Positions 11,209 to 21,047 of a DNA stretch of 64,000 nucleotides are shown here, piece by piece. The notes below the pieces were generated by a model. That model was not told where the DNA came from. It saw only the letters and a list, made by a program, of their open reading frames with translations, and made no database searches. Origin of the DNA: Thermoleophilia bacterium (GTDB lineage Bacteria; Actinomycetota; Thermoleophilia; BMS3ABIN01); contig JACUUL010000002.1 of the NCBI GenBank assembly GCA_014859345.1, positions 391 through 64,390 on the forward strand. Direction: 5' to 3'. Made by a program: the position numbers and the translations under genes. Within the stretch, counting starts at the first letter, position 1, and each line of letters begins with the position of its first letter.

Positions 11209-12074
11209 TTTCTCTCGCCCTCGCTGTGCCGCGCCATGTGCATCTCGGCGCAGCGACGGGCCAGGTTCCGTACCCTGGCTATATAACCGGTGCGGTCCGT
11301 GACACTGATGACTCCGCGGGAATCCAACAGGTTGAACGCATGAGAGCATTTCAGCACATAATCATAGGCAGGCAGCGGCAGATCGTTAGCCAGGCAGCTC
11401 TCGCATTCCTGCTCAAAATCGGCGAAATGGGAAAAGAGCAGACCGGTATCGGCAGTTTCGAAGTTGTATTTGGAGAACTGGGCTTCGCTCTGGCGGTAGA
11501 CATCTCCGTAAGTTACGCCATCGGACCACACCAGATCATAGACGCTGTTCTTTTTTTGCAGGTACATGGCGATGCGCTCCAGGCCATAGGTGATCTCAAC
11601 CGGCACCGGGTGCAGGTCGAGGCCGCCCACCTGCTGAAAATAGGTAAACTGGGTGATCTCCATGCCGTCGATCCAGACCTCCCATCCCAGGCCCCAGGCT
11701 CCCAGCGTGGGACCCTCCCAGTCGTCCTCCACGAAACGCACATCGTGGGCAGCCAGGTCCACGCCCAGCTCTTTCAACGAGTCTAGGTAGATGTCCTGTA
11801 TGTCTTCAGGCGCCGGCTTGATGATGACCTGGAACTGGTAATAGTGGGCGAGTCGGTATGGATTATCCCCATAGCGGCCGTCGGTGGGACGGATGGAAGG
11901 CTCGACATAGGCGGCATGCCAGGGCTCTTCATCCAGGCAGCGCAGGAAGGTGGCGGGATTAAAAGTGCCGGCTCCCACCTCTGTATGGTATGGCTGCATG
12001 ACTATACAGCCCTGACTGGCCCAGTAAGCCTGCAGAGATAGAATTATCTGTTGAAAGGTAGGAAATCCGGTCAA
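11205..12074 (-). CDS. glyQ: Glycine--tRNA ligase alpha subunit
   Basis: [51 protein letters not shown]. Confidence 0.97.
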   Translation of the reverse strand: MTGFPTFQQIILSLQAYWASQGCIVMQPYHTEVGAGTFNPATFLRCLDEEPWHAAYVEPSIRPTDGRYGDNPYRLAHYYQFQVIIKPAPEDIQDIYLDSLKELGVDLAAHDVRFVEDDWEGPTLGAWGLGWEVWIDGMEITQFTYFQQVGGLDLHPVPVEITYGLERIAMYLQKKNSVYDLVWSDGVTYGDVYRQSEAQFSKYNFETADTGLLFSHFADFEQECESCLANDLPLPAYDYVLKCSHAFNLLDSRGVISVTDRTGYIARVRNLARRCAEMHMARHSEGERK

Positions 12075-12225
12075 CGCGGGGAGTAATTCTATAAAATGCA
12101 GAATGGATTAACAAGATGGGGCCGCAGTATAATTCCGTGATTCCCTTAACCGGGGCCGTTCCGGACCGCCGGTAATTTGCCGTATCCGAGGGCCGTGATA
12201 ACACCTATTCCTCAAAGGAAATCTT

Positions 12226-13050
12226 TTGGCCGAAAGCTACGCCACCGAAGCTATAGTCCTCGGTTCGCGCAGACTGGGTGAAGCGGACCGCATCGTCGAC
12301 CTCTTCACCGACTCTCGCGGCCGGGTCCCCACAGTGGTCAAAGGCATCCGCAAAGTCAAGTCGCGTTGGGGCGGAAGGCTGGAGCCCTTTACCCACCTCC
12401 GGGTCCAGGTCCATGAGGGAAGAAACCTGCATACGCTGACTTCCGCTGATACGATCGCTACCCATGCCGCTCTCCGGGACAATCCGGCCTGCCTGAAACC
12501 CGGGCTTTCGGTTATAGAGATGATCTCCCGGACAACGCCTGAGCATCATCGCAAGCCGAGGACCTATAACCTGATGCTCAGTTTTTTAAACGAGATGGAC
12601 AGGATTTGCCTGGATGCGGGGTCAGGCCGCCTGACTTCTTTAGGCGCCGGCTCGAAAGGTGAGAGCGCGCCTTCTTCAAACGCCCCCCATGAAGCAGCCG
12701 CGCCGGACAGGCTCCGGAGCCACGCGGCCTCCCTGGCGCTCGGCGCCCAGCTGAAGATATTACTGCTGGCTGGATTTCTTCCCCATCTGCTCAGCTGCGC
12801 CATGTGCGGCGCGAAAGCCGATCTGACCAGCTTTTCGGCCCGGGCGGGAGGAGCGCTTTGCCCGGGGTGCCTTCAGGATGGCTTCCGGATCGACCCCGGA
12901 TCGCTCGAGGCGATGATATTGCTGCTGGAGAGGCCGCTGTCGGCGGTGCCTGACTTAAAAATCGGGGAAGTTCAGAGGCGCCAGATCCGCAGAGCCGTGA
13001 GAGAGATATGTGAATACCATCTGGGCGTGCGGCTCAGGGTGGAATTGTAA
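12226..13050 (+). CDS. recO: DNA repair protein RecO
   Basis: TEAIVLGSRRLGEADRIV, KGIRKVKSR.GGRLEPF, Zn finger CAMCG...CPGC. Confidence 0.93.
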   Translation: MAESYATEAIVLGSRRLGEADRIVDLFTDSRGRVPTVVKGIRKVKSRWGGRLEPFTHLRVQVHEGRNLHTLTSADTIATHAALRDNPACLKPGLSVIEMISRTTPEHHRKPRTYNLMLSFLNEMDRICLDAGSGRLTSLGAGSKGESAPSSNAPHEAAAPDRLRSHAASLALGAQLKILLLAGFLPHLLSCAMCGAKADLTSFSARAGGALCPGCLQDGFRIDPGSLEAMILLLERPLSAVPDLKIGEVQRRQIRRAVREICEYHLGVRLRVEL

Positions 13051-13077
13051 CTCCCGCAGGTTGAAAAGCCACCGCGA

Positions 13078-14286
13078 TCAATAAGTTCCTTCCGCCGCCG
13101 CGAGGAACTCCTCATAGGAGGATGTGAAGAAGTGACGCCCCTCCTCGTCGCCGATGGCCACATAGAAAAGGTAATCCACCTCCGCCGGCTCCAGGGCTGC
13201 CTGGATAGACGCGGCGCCGGGACTGCAGATCGGACCCGGAGGGAGGCCGGGATAAAGGCGTGTGTTATATTGCGAATCGGTCATGAGGTCATCCCAGGTG
13301 AGCTCTTCCTTCCAGTGGCCCAGGGCATACTGCACGGTGGCGTCTATATCCAGCCGCATGCCTCGAGCCAGGCGGTTATAGATGACGGCGGCCACAAGGG
13401 AGCGCTCTTCAGGCACTCGGGTTTCCCGCTCCACCATTGAGGCTACGGTCAGGATTTCGTACCGGGTCATGCCCAGGCTTTCCGCTTTCTCCCAGGGCAG
13501 GCCGGCAGTCCGCTCCCTGAAGGTTTCCAGCTGCCGGTCCACCATCGCGTCAGCGGTGACCTCCGGCTCCAGGTCGTAAGTGCTGGGAAAGATGTATCCT
13601 TCCAGAGTGGTGACTCCCGGTGGAGGGGCAAATGGCAGCGCCCGGCCTGCCGGAACCGCGGCCCGGCGGTATTCGTCCTCCGTTATCCCGGTTTTGGCAG
13701 CCAGCTCAGCTGCGATTTCATCCAGAGAATATCCCTCGGGTATTGTCATTACGCCCTCAGGCGTCTGCAGCCCCGCCGCCAGCCTCATCAGGATGTCCTC
13801 GATGGGCTCGCCGCGCTGGAAGCGGTATGTCCCAGGCTTGAGCTGACCGGCCACGCCTGCTGCCTCAGCTTCCTTCATAAATTTTTTCTCGCTGCTGATC
13901 ACATCCGCATCCTTTAAAAGACGCGCGATCTCGGCGGTGGCTGCTCCTGGCTCGATGCGAATGGTTGCTTCTCCTTCACGAGAATCTTCGCGTCCGTTGG
14001 CCGCCAGGACGATGACAGCAGTAAACGCCGCCAGCAGGATGATAACCAGGATGGGCCGGGCCGAGCGGCGCCGGCGGCGCGGATAATAGCTTCGCGGCGG
14101 CGAATGGCGGCCCGTGCGGGGGTCGGAAGGGCTCTGTTCCTCCTCAACAAACAGGCTATCTTCCCGCGAAAGCGGACCCGCGGGCCAGCTTTCGCGGGGC
14201 TGGCCCGGCCGCTTGTGACGCGCCGGCCGCCCTGAGCCACGACGCCGCCGCCCGGAACCGGCGCTATCCCGTAATCCGCCGCTCAT
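13078..14286 (-). CDS. mltG: Endolytic transglycosylase MltG (YceG)
   Basis: Single TM helix, TIPEGY, LEGYIFPSTY, ASMVERE, YNTRLYPGLPPGPICSPG, YLFYV; start uncertain (Arg-rich N-terminus). Confidence 0.92.
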   Translation of the reverse strand: MSGGLRDSAGSGRRRRGSGRPARHKRPGQPRESWPAGPLSREDSLFVEEEQSPSDPRTGRHSPPRSYYPRRRRRSARPILVIILLAAFTAVIVLAANGREDSREGEATIRIEPGAATAEIARLLKDADVISSEKKFMKEAEAAGVAGQLKPGTYRFQRGEPIEDILMRLAAGLQTPEGVMTIPEGYSLDEIAAELAAKTGITEDEYRRAAVPAGRALPFAPPPGVTTLEGYIFPSTYDLEPEVTADAMVDRQLETFRERTAGLPWEKAESLGMTRYEILTVASMVERETRVPEERSLVAAVIYNRLARGMRLDIDATVQYALGHWKEELTWDDLMTDSQYNTRLYPGLPPGPICSPGAASIQAALEPAEVDYLFYVAIGDEEGRHFFTSSYEEFLAAAEGTY

Positions 14287-14708
14287 CTATCCAAACCACG
14301 ACTGCGGTATTCTTCGGAGCCCAGGAAATCTTCGAGCAGCACGCAGGCGGCGATGCTATGCGGCGAAGCGCCGGATGTCCGCCCCCTGGCCCGGGCAATC
14401 TTGCTGGTGAATCGTTCGTCAAAGGCGATCACGGGCACCGGCAGCGCCGCCGAAAGCTCGCGGATAAACTCATCAGTCTCTTGGGCCTGATCTCCCCTGG
14501 TTCCATTAAGAGAAACAGGCATGCCCACCACCACCAGCCCGGCTTCCTCCCGGATTGCCATGGCCGCGATCTTTTTAAGGCCTTCCGGCGTACGGGCTTC
14601 GTCGATTTCCTCCAGCGGCCTGACAATGGTGCCGGTGGGATCGCCCACAGCCGCGCCGGTGCGGGCCCGTCCATAGTCGATGGCCAGCACGCGGGCGTGT
14701 TTTTTCAT
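14283..14708 (-). CDS. ruvX: Holliday junction resolvase-like RuvX/YqgF
   Basis: LAIDYGRARTGAAVGD, VVGMP, DERFTS, AACVLLEDFL; downstream of alaS. Confidence 0.9.
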   Translation of the reverse strand: MKKHARVLAIDYGRARTGAAVGDPTGTIVRPLEEIDEARTPEGLKKIAAMAIREEAGLVVVGMPVSLNGTRGDQAQETDEFIRELSAALPVPVIAFDERFTSKIARARGRTSGASPHSIAACVLLEDFLGSEEYRSRGLDR

Positions 14709-14754
14709 GCTACTTCTGCGGGACGACATATGATTCGCGCTCCTGATGGCCTGT

Positions 14755-17376
14755 TCAGGACAGACGCTCTTTCAGCCACTGCCGGGCTTTCGCAAGCGCA
14801 TCGCCGGTGCCGTCCGGGTTGGCGCCGCCGCCCCGGGCCAGGTTAGGGCGGCCACCCCCCTTGCCGCCGACCACGGGAGCGATCTCCTTTATCAGATCGC
14901 CAGCCCGGGCTCCCTTCTCAACAGCCTGGTCGGAAAACTTGGCCACCAGGGCCACCTTGCCGCCGGCGACCGAAGCCAGCACCACCGCGGCTGGCTGGAG
15001 CTCTTCGGCGAGCCGGTCGGCCAGCTCCATGAGCTGCCCGCTGTCTACGCCGGCCTTGGCCACCAGGACCCTGATGCCGTTCTGCTCCTCGGCCTGGCCG
15101 GCCATTTCCCGGCTTAGATCCTCTATCCTGCCGGCCCCCGCCTCAAGAGCAGCGGACCTGAGTTGCTTCAGCTCTTCCTCCATCCCGGCCAAAGCCTGGG
15201 GGAGGCGGCCCACATCGGTCTTAAGACCGGCCGCCAACTCATCCACCAGCCGGTCACGGCTCCTCAGGTGGTCGATCGCGGCCTCCGAAGTGATGGCCTC
15301 GATGCGGCGCAGATTGGCTCCGACGCTGCCTTCGGAGATGATCTTGAATACTCCTATCTGCGAGGTGCTGGAGACGTGGGTGCCGCCGCAGAGCTCCCGG
15401 CTGAAATCCCCGACCTCGATCACCCGTACATACTCGCCGTATTTCTCATCGAACAGGGCCATGGCGCCCATATCCCGGGCGTAATCCATCGTTGTCCGGA
15501 AAGCCTTTACCTGGTGGTTCTCGATGATCTTGCGGTTAACCTTATCCTCGATCTGCCTGAGCTCATCCGGCGTCAGCGCCCTGGAGTGTGAGAAATCGAA
15601 GCGGAGCTTCTCGTGGCCAACGGCAGAGCCGGCCTGCCTCACCTGCTCGCCCAGCAAGCTCCTGAGGGCGTGGTGCAGCAGGTGGGTGGCGGTGTGGTTG
15701 CAGGCAATGGCGTGGCGCCTGACCCGGTTGATCATGGCCTTGGCCCGCGCCCCGGCCTCCAGCCTGCCTTCTTCGACCTCGGCCAGGATCACCTGGTCGC
15801 CATCAAGGGAATACACCTCCACAACGTTTGCCTTGCCGTCCTCGGTGTGGATCCAGCCCGTGTCCGATATCTGGCCGCCGGATTCGGCATAAAAAGGAGA
15901 CTCGCGCAGCTTGAGCACCAGCCTGTCGTCTCCTACCTCTCTCAGGTCCCCGATGGAAGTATGAAGCTCGTTCTTGTGATAGCCCACGAACTCGGTCTTG
16001 ACCTTGGCCACCCGCCCCAGTTCCGCCAGGGCCTGGCGCTCTTTGTCATCCGCTGTTTTCGCCGAAGCCCGGGCCCGGGCGCGTTGGTCCTCCATGAGCC
16101 GGTCGAACTCTTCCTCGTCAACCTCCAGCCCCTCGTCCCGGATGATCTCGCGGGTGAGGTCGAACGGGAATCCATAGGTATCATGCAGCCGGAAGGCTAC
16201 TTCGCCTTCCACGGTATGGCCTCCGCCGCTCCTGGTGGACTCTATGGCCTGCATGAGAATTGCGTTCCCCTGTTCCAGTGTCAGGCCAAAGCGCCGCTCC
16301 TCCTCCCTGGCCATCTCCTCGATTAGATTCTGCTGGGATTTAAGCTCAGGATAAACATCGCCCATGGTGTCGATCACCCGGCGGCACAGGCCGTCAAGGA
16401 ACGGCGGCGCAACCTCGAGCACCGAGGCCGACTGGATGGCCCGGCGCATGACGCGCCTGAGCACATAGCCCCGGCCCTCGTTGCCGGCGAAAACGCCGTC
16501 GGCGATCAGGAAGGCGATGGCGCGGCTATGATCCGCCAGCACCCGGATGGCCCGGTCGCTTTTTTTGTCCTTGCCAAGAGAGACGCGGGCAGTTTCGCAG
16601 ATGAAGTCTATGAGCGGAGCGAAAAGATCGGCGTCGAAAACGCTCAGCTTGCCCTGCATGACAGCGGCGATCCGCTCAAGCCCCATGCCTGTGTCCACGT
16701 TCTGCTGGGGAAGCGGCGCCAGGTTGCCTGCTTCGTCACGGTCAAACTGCATGAAAACCAGGTTCCAGAACTCAACAAAGCGGTCGCAATCGCAGCCAGG
16801 GCGGCATTCGGCGCCACCGCAACCGGCTTCCTCCCCGACGTCGAAATAAAGCTCGGTGCTGGGCCCGCAGGGGCCGGTGGGTCCTGCGGACCAGAAATTA
16901 TCTCCGGCAGGCAGCGTGACGATCCGATCCTCTCTGAGGCCTTCGGCGGCCAGCCATGCCTGCCGGGCTTCGTCATCAGCCGGCACCTGGTCGTCTCCTT
17001 CGAAGATGCTGACCCAGAGCCTGTCCGTATCCAGCTCCAGCACCTGGGTGGAAAAACGCCACGCCAGATCGATCGCGCCTTTTTTGAAATAGTCCCCGAA
17101 CGAAAAGTTCCCCAGCATCTCGAAGAACGTGAGGTGCCTGGCTGTTTTACCCACCCTGTCTATATCGGTGGTGCGGAAACATTTCTGGCAGGTGGTCAGC
17201 CGAGGATGCGGGGGAGGCTGTATCCCCAGGAAAAAAGGCTTGAACTGCTGCATGCCCGCAGTGGTAAGCAGCACTGTGGGGTCTTTTGACGGTACCAGTG
17301 ACGAACTGGGCCGGCTTTCATGTCCATTCTGGATAAAAAAGTCACGGAAGGCGGTGCGGATCTCTTGGCTCTTCAA
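14755..17376 (-). CDS. alaS: Alanine--tRNA ligase
   Basis: DPTVLLTTAGMQQFKP, HLTFFEMLGNFSFGDYFK, DTGMGLER, NHTATHLLH, ELCGGTHV, GGKGGGRP. Confidence 0.97.
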   Translation of the reverse strand: MKSQEIRTAFRDFFIQNGHESRPSSSLVPSKDPTVLLTTAGMQQFKPFFLGIQPPPHPRLTTCQKCFRTTDIDRVGKTARHLTFFEMLGNFSFGDYFKKGAIDLAWRFSTQVLELDTDRLWVSIFEGDDQVPADDEARQAWLAAEGLREDRIVTLPAGDNFWSAGPTGPCGPSTELYFDVGEEAGCGGAECRPGCDCDRFVEFWNLVFMQFDRDEAGNLAPLPQQNVDTGMGLERIAAVMQGKLSVFDADLFAPLIDFICETARVSLGKDKKSDRAIRVLADHSRAIAFLIADGVFAGNEGRGYVLRRVMRRAIQSASVLEVAPPFLDGLCRRVIDTMGDVYPELKSQQNLIEEMAREEERRFGLTLEQGNAILMQAIESTRSGGGHTVEGEVAFRLHDTYGFPFDLTREIIRDEGLEVDEEEFDRLMEDQRARARASAKTADDKERQALAELGRVAKVKTEFVGYHKNELHTSIGDLREVGDDRLVLKLRESPFYAESGGQISDTGWIHTEDGKANVVEVYSLDGDQVILAEVEEGRLEAGARAKAMINRVRRHAIACNHTATHLLHHALRSLLGEQVRQAGSAVGHEKLRFDFSHSRALTPDELRQIEDKVNRKIIENHQVKAFRTTMDYARDMGAMALFDEKYGEYVRVIEVGDFSRELCGGTHVSSTSQIGVFKIISEGSVGANLRRIEAITSEAAIDHLRSRDRLVDELAAGLKTDVGRLPQALAGMEEELKQLRSAALEAGAGRIEDLSREMAGQAEEQNGIRVLVAKAGVDSGQLMELADRLAEELQPAAVVLASVAGGKVALVAKFSDQAVEKGARAGDLIKEIAPVVGGKGGGRPNLARGGGANPDGTGDALAKARQWLKERLS

Positions 17377-18186
17377 CTAGGCGGTTTTACGCTCCTTTCT
17401 CTCCCGCGACTCGATCTCGGTTCTCACTTTGGCGAGCGCCCGGCGAATCAGGCGGGATACATGCATCTGTGATACGCCTATGTTCGCCGCTATCTGTGAC
17501 TGAGTCAAGCCCTCGAAGAACCGCTGATGTAAAATCGTCCGCTCCCGATTGCTAAGGCGGGCAAAGCCAGGCTCCAGAATCAGGCGGTGCTCAGCGGTTT
17601 CAAAGCCATCCTCAAAGTTGCCGATCGTGTCCAGTGGCAGCCTGTCATCGTCATCGTCGCCCCTGGAGAGAGAATGGTCCAGGGACAGGGAATTACGGGA
17701 GCGGCCGGCCTCGATCGCCTCCATAACCTCTTCCGGCGTGGCGTCAACCGCGTCAGCCAGCTCTTCGATGCTTGGAGAACGGTGGACGCTTCCGGCCAGG
17801 GAACCGGAGACCTGTTCCAGCCTCATGTTCAGCTCCAAAAGACCTCGGGGAACCTTGACAGCCCAACCCTTGTCACGGAAGTATCGTTTGATTTCACCGA
17901 TGATATTAGGTGTGGCGTAAGTTGAAAGGGCCACTCCCCGGGAAAGATCAAACCGGTCGATGGCCTTGATCAGTCCGATGCAACCCACCTGTACCAGGTC
18001 TTCCAGCTGCTCCCCTCTCTGACTGTAACGGCGGGAGACGCCGTAAACAAGGGGAAGATAGCGGGTGATCAGCTCGTCCCTGGCCTTCGTGCTGCCGTGC
18101 TCACAGTAGGCATGCAACAAATCTTTTTCATTCTTCTGCGATTGCGGCGTAACTGATGGCTGGTCTCCCAGGCAGATCATATTCAT
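17377..18186 (-). CDS. SigB/SigF/SigG-family alternative sigma factor
   Basis: EDLVQVGCIGLIKAIDRFD, YATPNIIGEIKRYFRDKGWAVKVPR, TQSQIA..IGVSQMHVSRL. Confidence 0.93.
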   Translation of the reverse strand: MNMICLGDQPSVTPQSQKNEKDLLHAYCEHGSTKARDELITRYLPLVYGVSRRYSQRGEQLEDLVQVGCIGLIKAIDRFDLSRGVALSTYATPNIIGEIKRYFRDKGWAVKVPRGLLELNMRLEQVSGSLAGSVHRSPSIEELADAVDATPEEVMEAIEAGRSRNSLSLDHSLSRGDDDDDRLPLDTIGNFEDGFETAEHRLILEPGFARLSNRERTILHQRFFEGLTQSQIAANIGVSQMHVSRLIRRALAKVRTEIESRERKERKTA

Positions 18187-18281
18187 GGCTGTCCCCCTTG
18201 GCTCAGCACTAAAGGGTCTGCTCTACCTTGACGGTTTATACGTCCACAGCCACCCTGACATTCAGGTGGTGAAATTTTGAC

Positions 18282-18306
18282 CTACCCGCTACGCGCCAAG
18301 TTAAAC
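18282..18306 (-). promoter_or_regulatory. SigB/SigF-type promoter upstream of the sigma gene
   Basis: Minus strand GTTTAA-13 nt-GGGTAG matches the SigB-type consensus GTTTaa-N12-14-GGGTAt. Confidence 0.6.
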
Positions 18307-18400
18307 TTCCCGTCAGACAGCTCTCGAGATACTCTCTGGTCACAGTTAGTGACCAATGCCCTGCTTCTGTTTTTCCAGTTCTGAGCCGAGCCTGGCCGTT

Positions 18401-18691
18401 TCACGCCGTGAAATCCCGGAAAGGCGCTGCAGAAGCCCGGTCCTCGTCATCCTCGGCCCGCAGCTGCCGATCGATTTCTGCCACCTTTTCAGCCGCAGCC
18501 TGCCTTCCGATTTCCGTTGCCTTTCTTACCTGCTGCTCGACTTCACTCCTGGTTTCTTTCAGCTCCTGGGGCAGATTCGCGATGACGGCGCCCATATCCC
18601 TTCCCGTCTTTTCCGCGCGCCGCTTGGCATAATAAATCAGGGCGCCGCCGGCGACGCCGGCTGCCAACCCCAGCGCGGGTATCAGCCTCAT
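18401..18691 (-). CDS. YtxH-like small membrane-anchored protein
   Basis: N-terminal hydrophobic GLAAGVAGGALIYY followed by a coiled-coil; coupled to the DUF948 gene as in ytxG-ytxH. Confidence 0.6.
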   Translation of the reverse strand: MRLIPALGLAAGVAGGALIYYAKRRAEKTGRDMGAVIANLPQELKETRSEVEQQVRKATEIGRQAAAEKVAEIDRQLRAEDDEDRASAAPFRDFTA

Positions 18692-19062
18692 GCCTGTCCC
18701 CTCCCCTTGTGCTGGCCAATGAGAGAGGAGATCGCCTCCGATACTCCGGCCGACAGCCCAGCCGCTTTTTTTACGGGTGAGACCACCGCGGACTGCAGAG
18801 CCCTGGTGGTGGCATCAACCCTGTCGGTAACCCCAACGAGAGTTCCCATCATCTCGTCGACCTTCCCTAACTGGCTGTTGATCTCTTCCATTGTCACCTG
18901 AAGCTTGGCCAGCAAAGGTATAACCTCTTCATCCAGCCGCTTCAAAAAAATGTTCAGCCGGGAAAAAGTGCCGCCCATTCTAAATAACACATATGCCAGG
19001 CCCAGCGCCGTTACCACCAGAAAAAAACTCAGGGATGCTTTAAGAACATCTGTCCAGTCCAT
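18688..19062 (-). CDS. DUF948 (YoxC/YtxG-like) membrane protein
   Basis: One N-terminal TM helix plus coiled-coil (EEVIPLL..TMEEINSQLGKVD); GGAGG RBS. Confidence 0.75.
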   Translation of the reverse strand: MDWTDVLKASLSFFLVVTALGLAYVLFRMGGTFSRLNIFLKRLDEEVIPLLAKLQVTMEEINSQLGKVDEMMGTLVGVTDRVDATTRALQSAVVSPVKKAAGLSAGVSEAISSLIGQHKGRGQA

Positions 19063-19467
19063 GAGGGTTTTCCTCCCGTGTCGTGACGATCCGGTTGAAT
19101 CTTATCACAGTTGGAAGCCCCGTTCCGTGACCTGCTCTCGTCCTGATGGCCGCCCTTTCAATCGGCAAGCGATCCGCCATGTCAGGCAGACGGCAAATTT
19201 CAAAACCGGTCCGCTTTACGAACCGGGTCTATAATCTATCGTAATTTACGGCATTTTCGTAATCGGGGAATTCTCTTTTTTCCCGGGGCGCCATACCCTG
19301 ATAAGCTGGATTTTTTTCCCACTCCGGCAGGCGGCCGAGGATTAGCCGAAGAAGCAGGGCGCGGCAGCCCGTCCGGGTGTTCCGGAGGCCGCGGAAGCGC
19401 TTAAAAATGGCTTGACGCTTTTGCGGACGCCATGACCACACATCCCGTCCCCTGACCCGGGAACGGG

Positions 19468-20937
19468 TCATTTTTCGGAGACGCGGATGACGCCTCCGGC
19501 CGCCACGGTGTCGCCGGCATAAATCACCGCCGACTGACCGGGAGCGACGCCGTAGACCGCTTCGCTGAGAATCAGCCTCAATCTGCCCTCGGCAGCTGGT
19601 GAAACCTGCCCTTTCACGGGAACAGAGTTGTAGCGCAGCTGCACGGAATAACTTTCTGCCTCATCCAGGGAAGAAAAAAAGTTGACCTCGTCGATCTCGA
19701 TCATGCTCACCGCCAGCCGGTCGCGGCCGCCGGCGATCACAGTATTGCTTTCCGGGTCGATATCCAGCACGTACAGAGGTTCGGGTGCGCTGATGCCCAG
19801 TCCCCGCCGCTGGCCGATTGTATAGCCGATGAAGCCGCTGTGGACTCCCAGGCGGTTTCCGGCTTCGTCCACTATGTCCCCCTCTCCCGGAAGCCCACCG
19901 ACCCGGTCGCCCAGGAAGCGGCGGTGATCATTATCGGGGATGAAACAGACCTCCTGGCTCTCTTCCCGGGCTTGGGTAGGCAGGGACGCCTCGCGGGCCA
20001 GGCGCCGCGTTTCCTGCTTGGTCATGCCCCCGAGGGGAAACTCCAGGTTCTTAAGCAGCCGCTGCTCTATATCCCAGAGCACGTAAGACTGGTCCTTCGC
20101 GGAATCCACGCCTCTAAGCAGCAAAGGCGTGCTGCCGCGCCTTGCCAGCCTCGCATAATGTCCGGTTGCCACCCGGCTTGCGCCCAGGATTTCAGCCAGA
20201 CGAGCCAGCTCAGGGAACCGGAAGCTGCCGTTGCAGCGGGTGCATGGATTTGGAGTGCGCCCGGCCTGGTATTCCCTGACAAAGTCATCGACCACTACAT
20301 TCTCGAATTCTTCCCGCAGGTCGATGGTGAGATGCGGCAGGCCTTGAGAGTGGCAGACAGCGCGGGCATCCCGTATCGCCTGGGGGGAGCAGCAACCCGC
20401 CGAGTCCGGCGCTGCGCAGGCGGGATCGCTCCACAAGCGCATGGTCACGCCGATCACCCGCCGGCCGGACCGGTGCTCGAGCAGACAGGCTACCGAGCTG
20501 TCCACACCGCCGCTCATGGCCACCAGCACCGAGTCTTCATCTTTTTGGCCGGCATGAGGGAAGTTGCCGTTCCGGAGGGCATCTTCAAGGGCGGCATGCA
20601 ACGCTTCGATGGCGATTCCGGCAGCTGTGGAAAGCTTGTCCCGAACGTCCGGCAGCGTAGTTGACGCAAGTCCGGCCTCTACCCGGGACGGCGCTACCGC
20701 CGCGGCCTCCCGCCAACTGAGGCCCTCTATCATGCTGGAAAGATAACTGCCGGTTGCGACGGCAGCCCCTGAACCGGCCGCCTGAAACCGCGCTTTGCCG
20801 ATTCTTTCCTCATCGAAGCGGACAAAGAGCCTGATTAAGGCGCCGCAGTCCATCGAGCCGGCCTCCCCGGTGGCATGAGCGCCGGAGAGTTCTTCAGCAT
20901 TACGCGGATTGTTGAGATGTTCCAGAAAAGGGTCCAT
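19468..20937 (-). CDS. mnmA: tRNA 2-thiouridine(34) synthase MnmA with an N-terminal IscU/NifU_N-like domain
   Basis: AMSGGVDSS, GRTPNPCTRCN, ATGHYAR, KDQSY, ESQEVCF, YTIGQRRGL, VAPGQSAV; first ~120 aa are IscU-like (EHLNNPRN...DCGALIRL...ARFQAAGSGAAVA). Confidence 0.93.
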   Translation of the reverse strand: MDPFLEHLNNPRNAEELSGAHATGEAGSMDCGALIRLFVRFDEERIGKARFQAAGSGAAVATGSYLSSMIEGLSWREAAAVAPSRVEAGLASTTLPDVRDKLSTAAGIAIEALHAALEDALRNGNFPHAGQKDEDSVLVAMSGGVDSSVACLLEHRSGRRVIGVTMRLWSDPACAAPDSAGCCSPQAIRDARAVCHSQGLPHLTIDLREEFENVVVDDFVREYQAGRTPNPCTRCNGSFRFPELARLAEILGASRVATGHYARLARRGSTPLLLRGVDSAKDQSYVLWDIEQRLLKNLEFPLGGMTKQETRRLAREASLPTQAREESQEVCFIPDNDHRRFLGDRVGGLPGEGDIVDEAGNRLGVHSGFIGYTIGQRRGLGISAPEPLYVLDIDPESNTVIAGGRDRLAVSMIEIDEVNFFSSLDEAESYSVQLRYNSVPVKGQVSPAAEGRLRLILSEAVYGVAPGQSAVIYAGDTVAAGGVIRVSEK

Positions 20938-21047
20938 AAAAACTGCTCCCGGGCCCATGTCACTCAGTACCCGGAATGCTTTATTTCATCGCTTGGAGCG
21001 AAAGAAGCGGGAATGCGGCGGGTTACCAGAATCGCATACGAGGCGGA

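Noticed and set aside
12075-12225. T-box leader before glyQS (also looked before alaS and hisS)
   Set aside because: The intergenic space holds only divergent promoter-like boxes; no T-box sequence or antiterminator seen.
19063-19467. 400-nt intergenic region and 80-aa ORF 19229-19471
   Set aside because: No RBS, motif, repeat or convincing RNA structure found.
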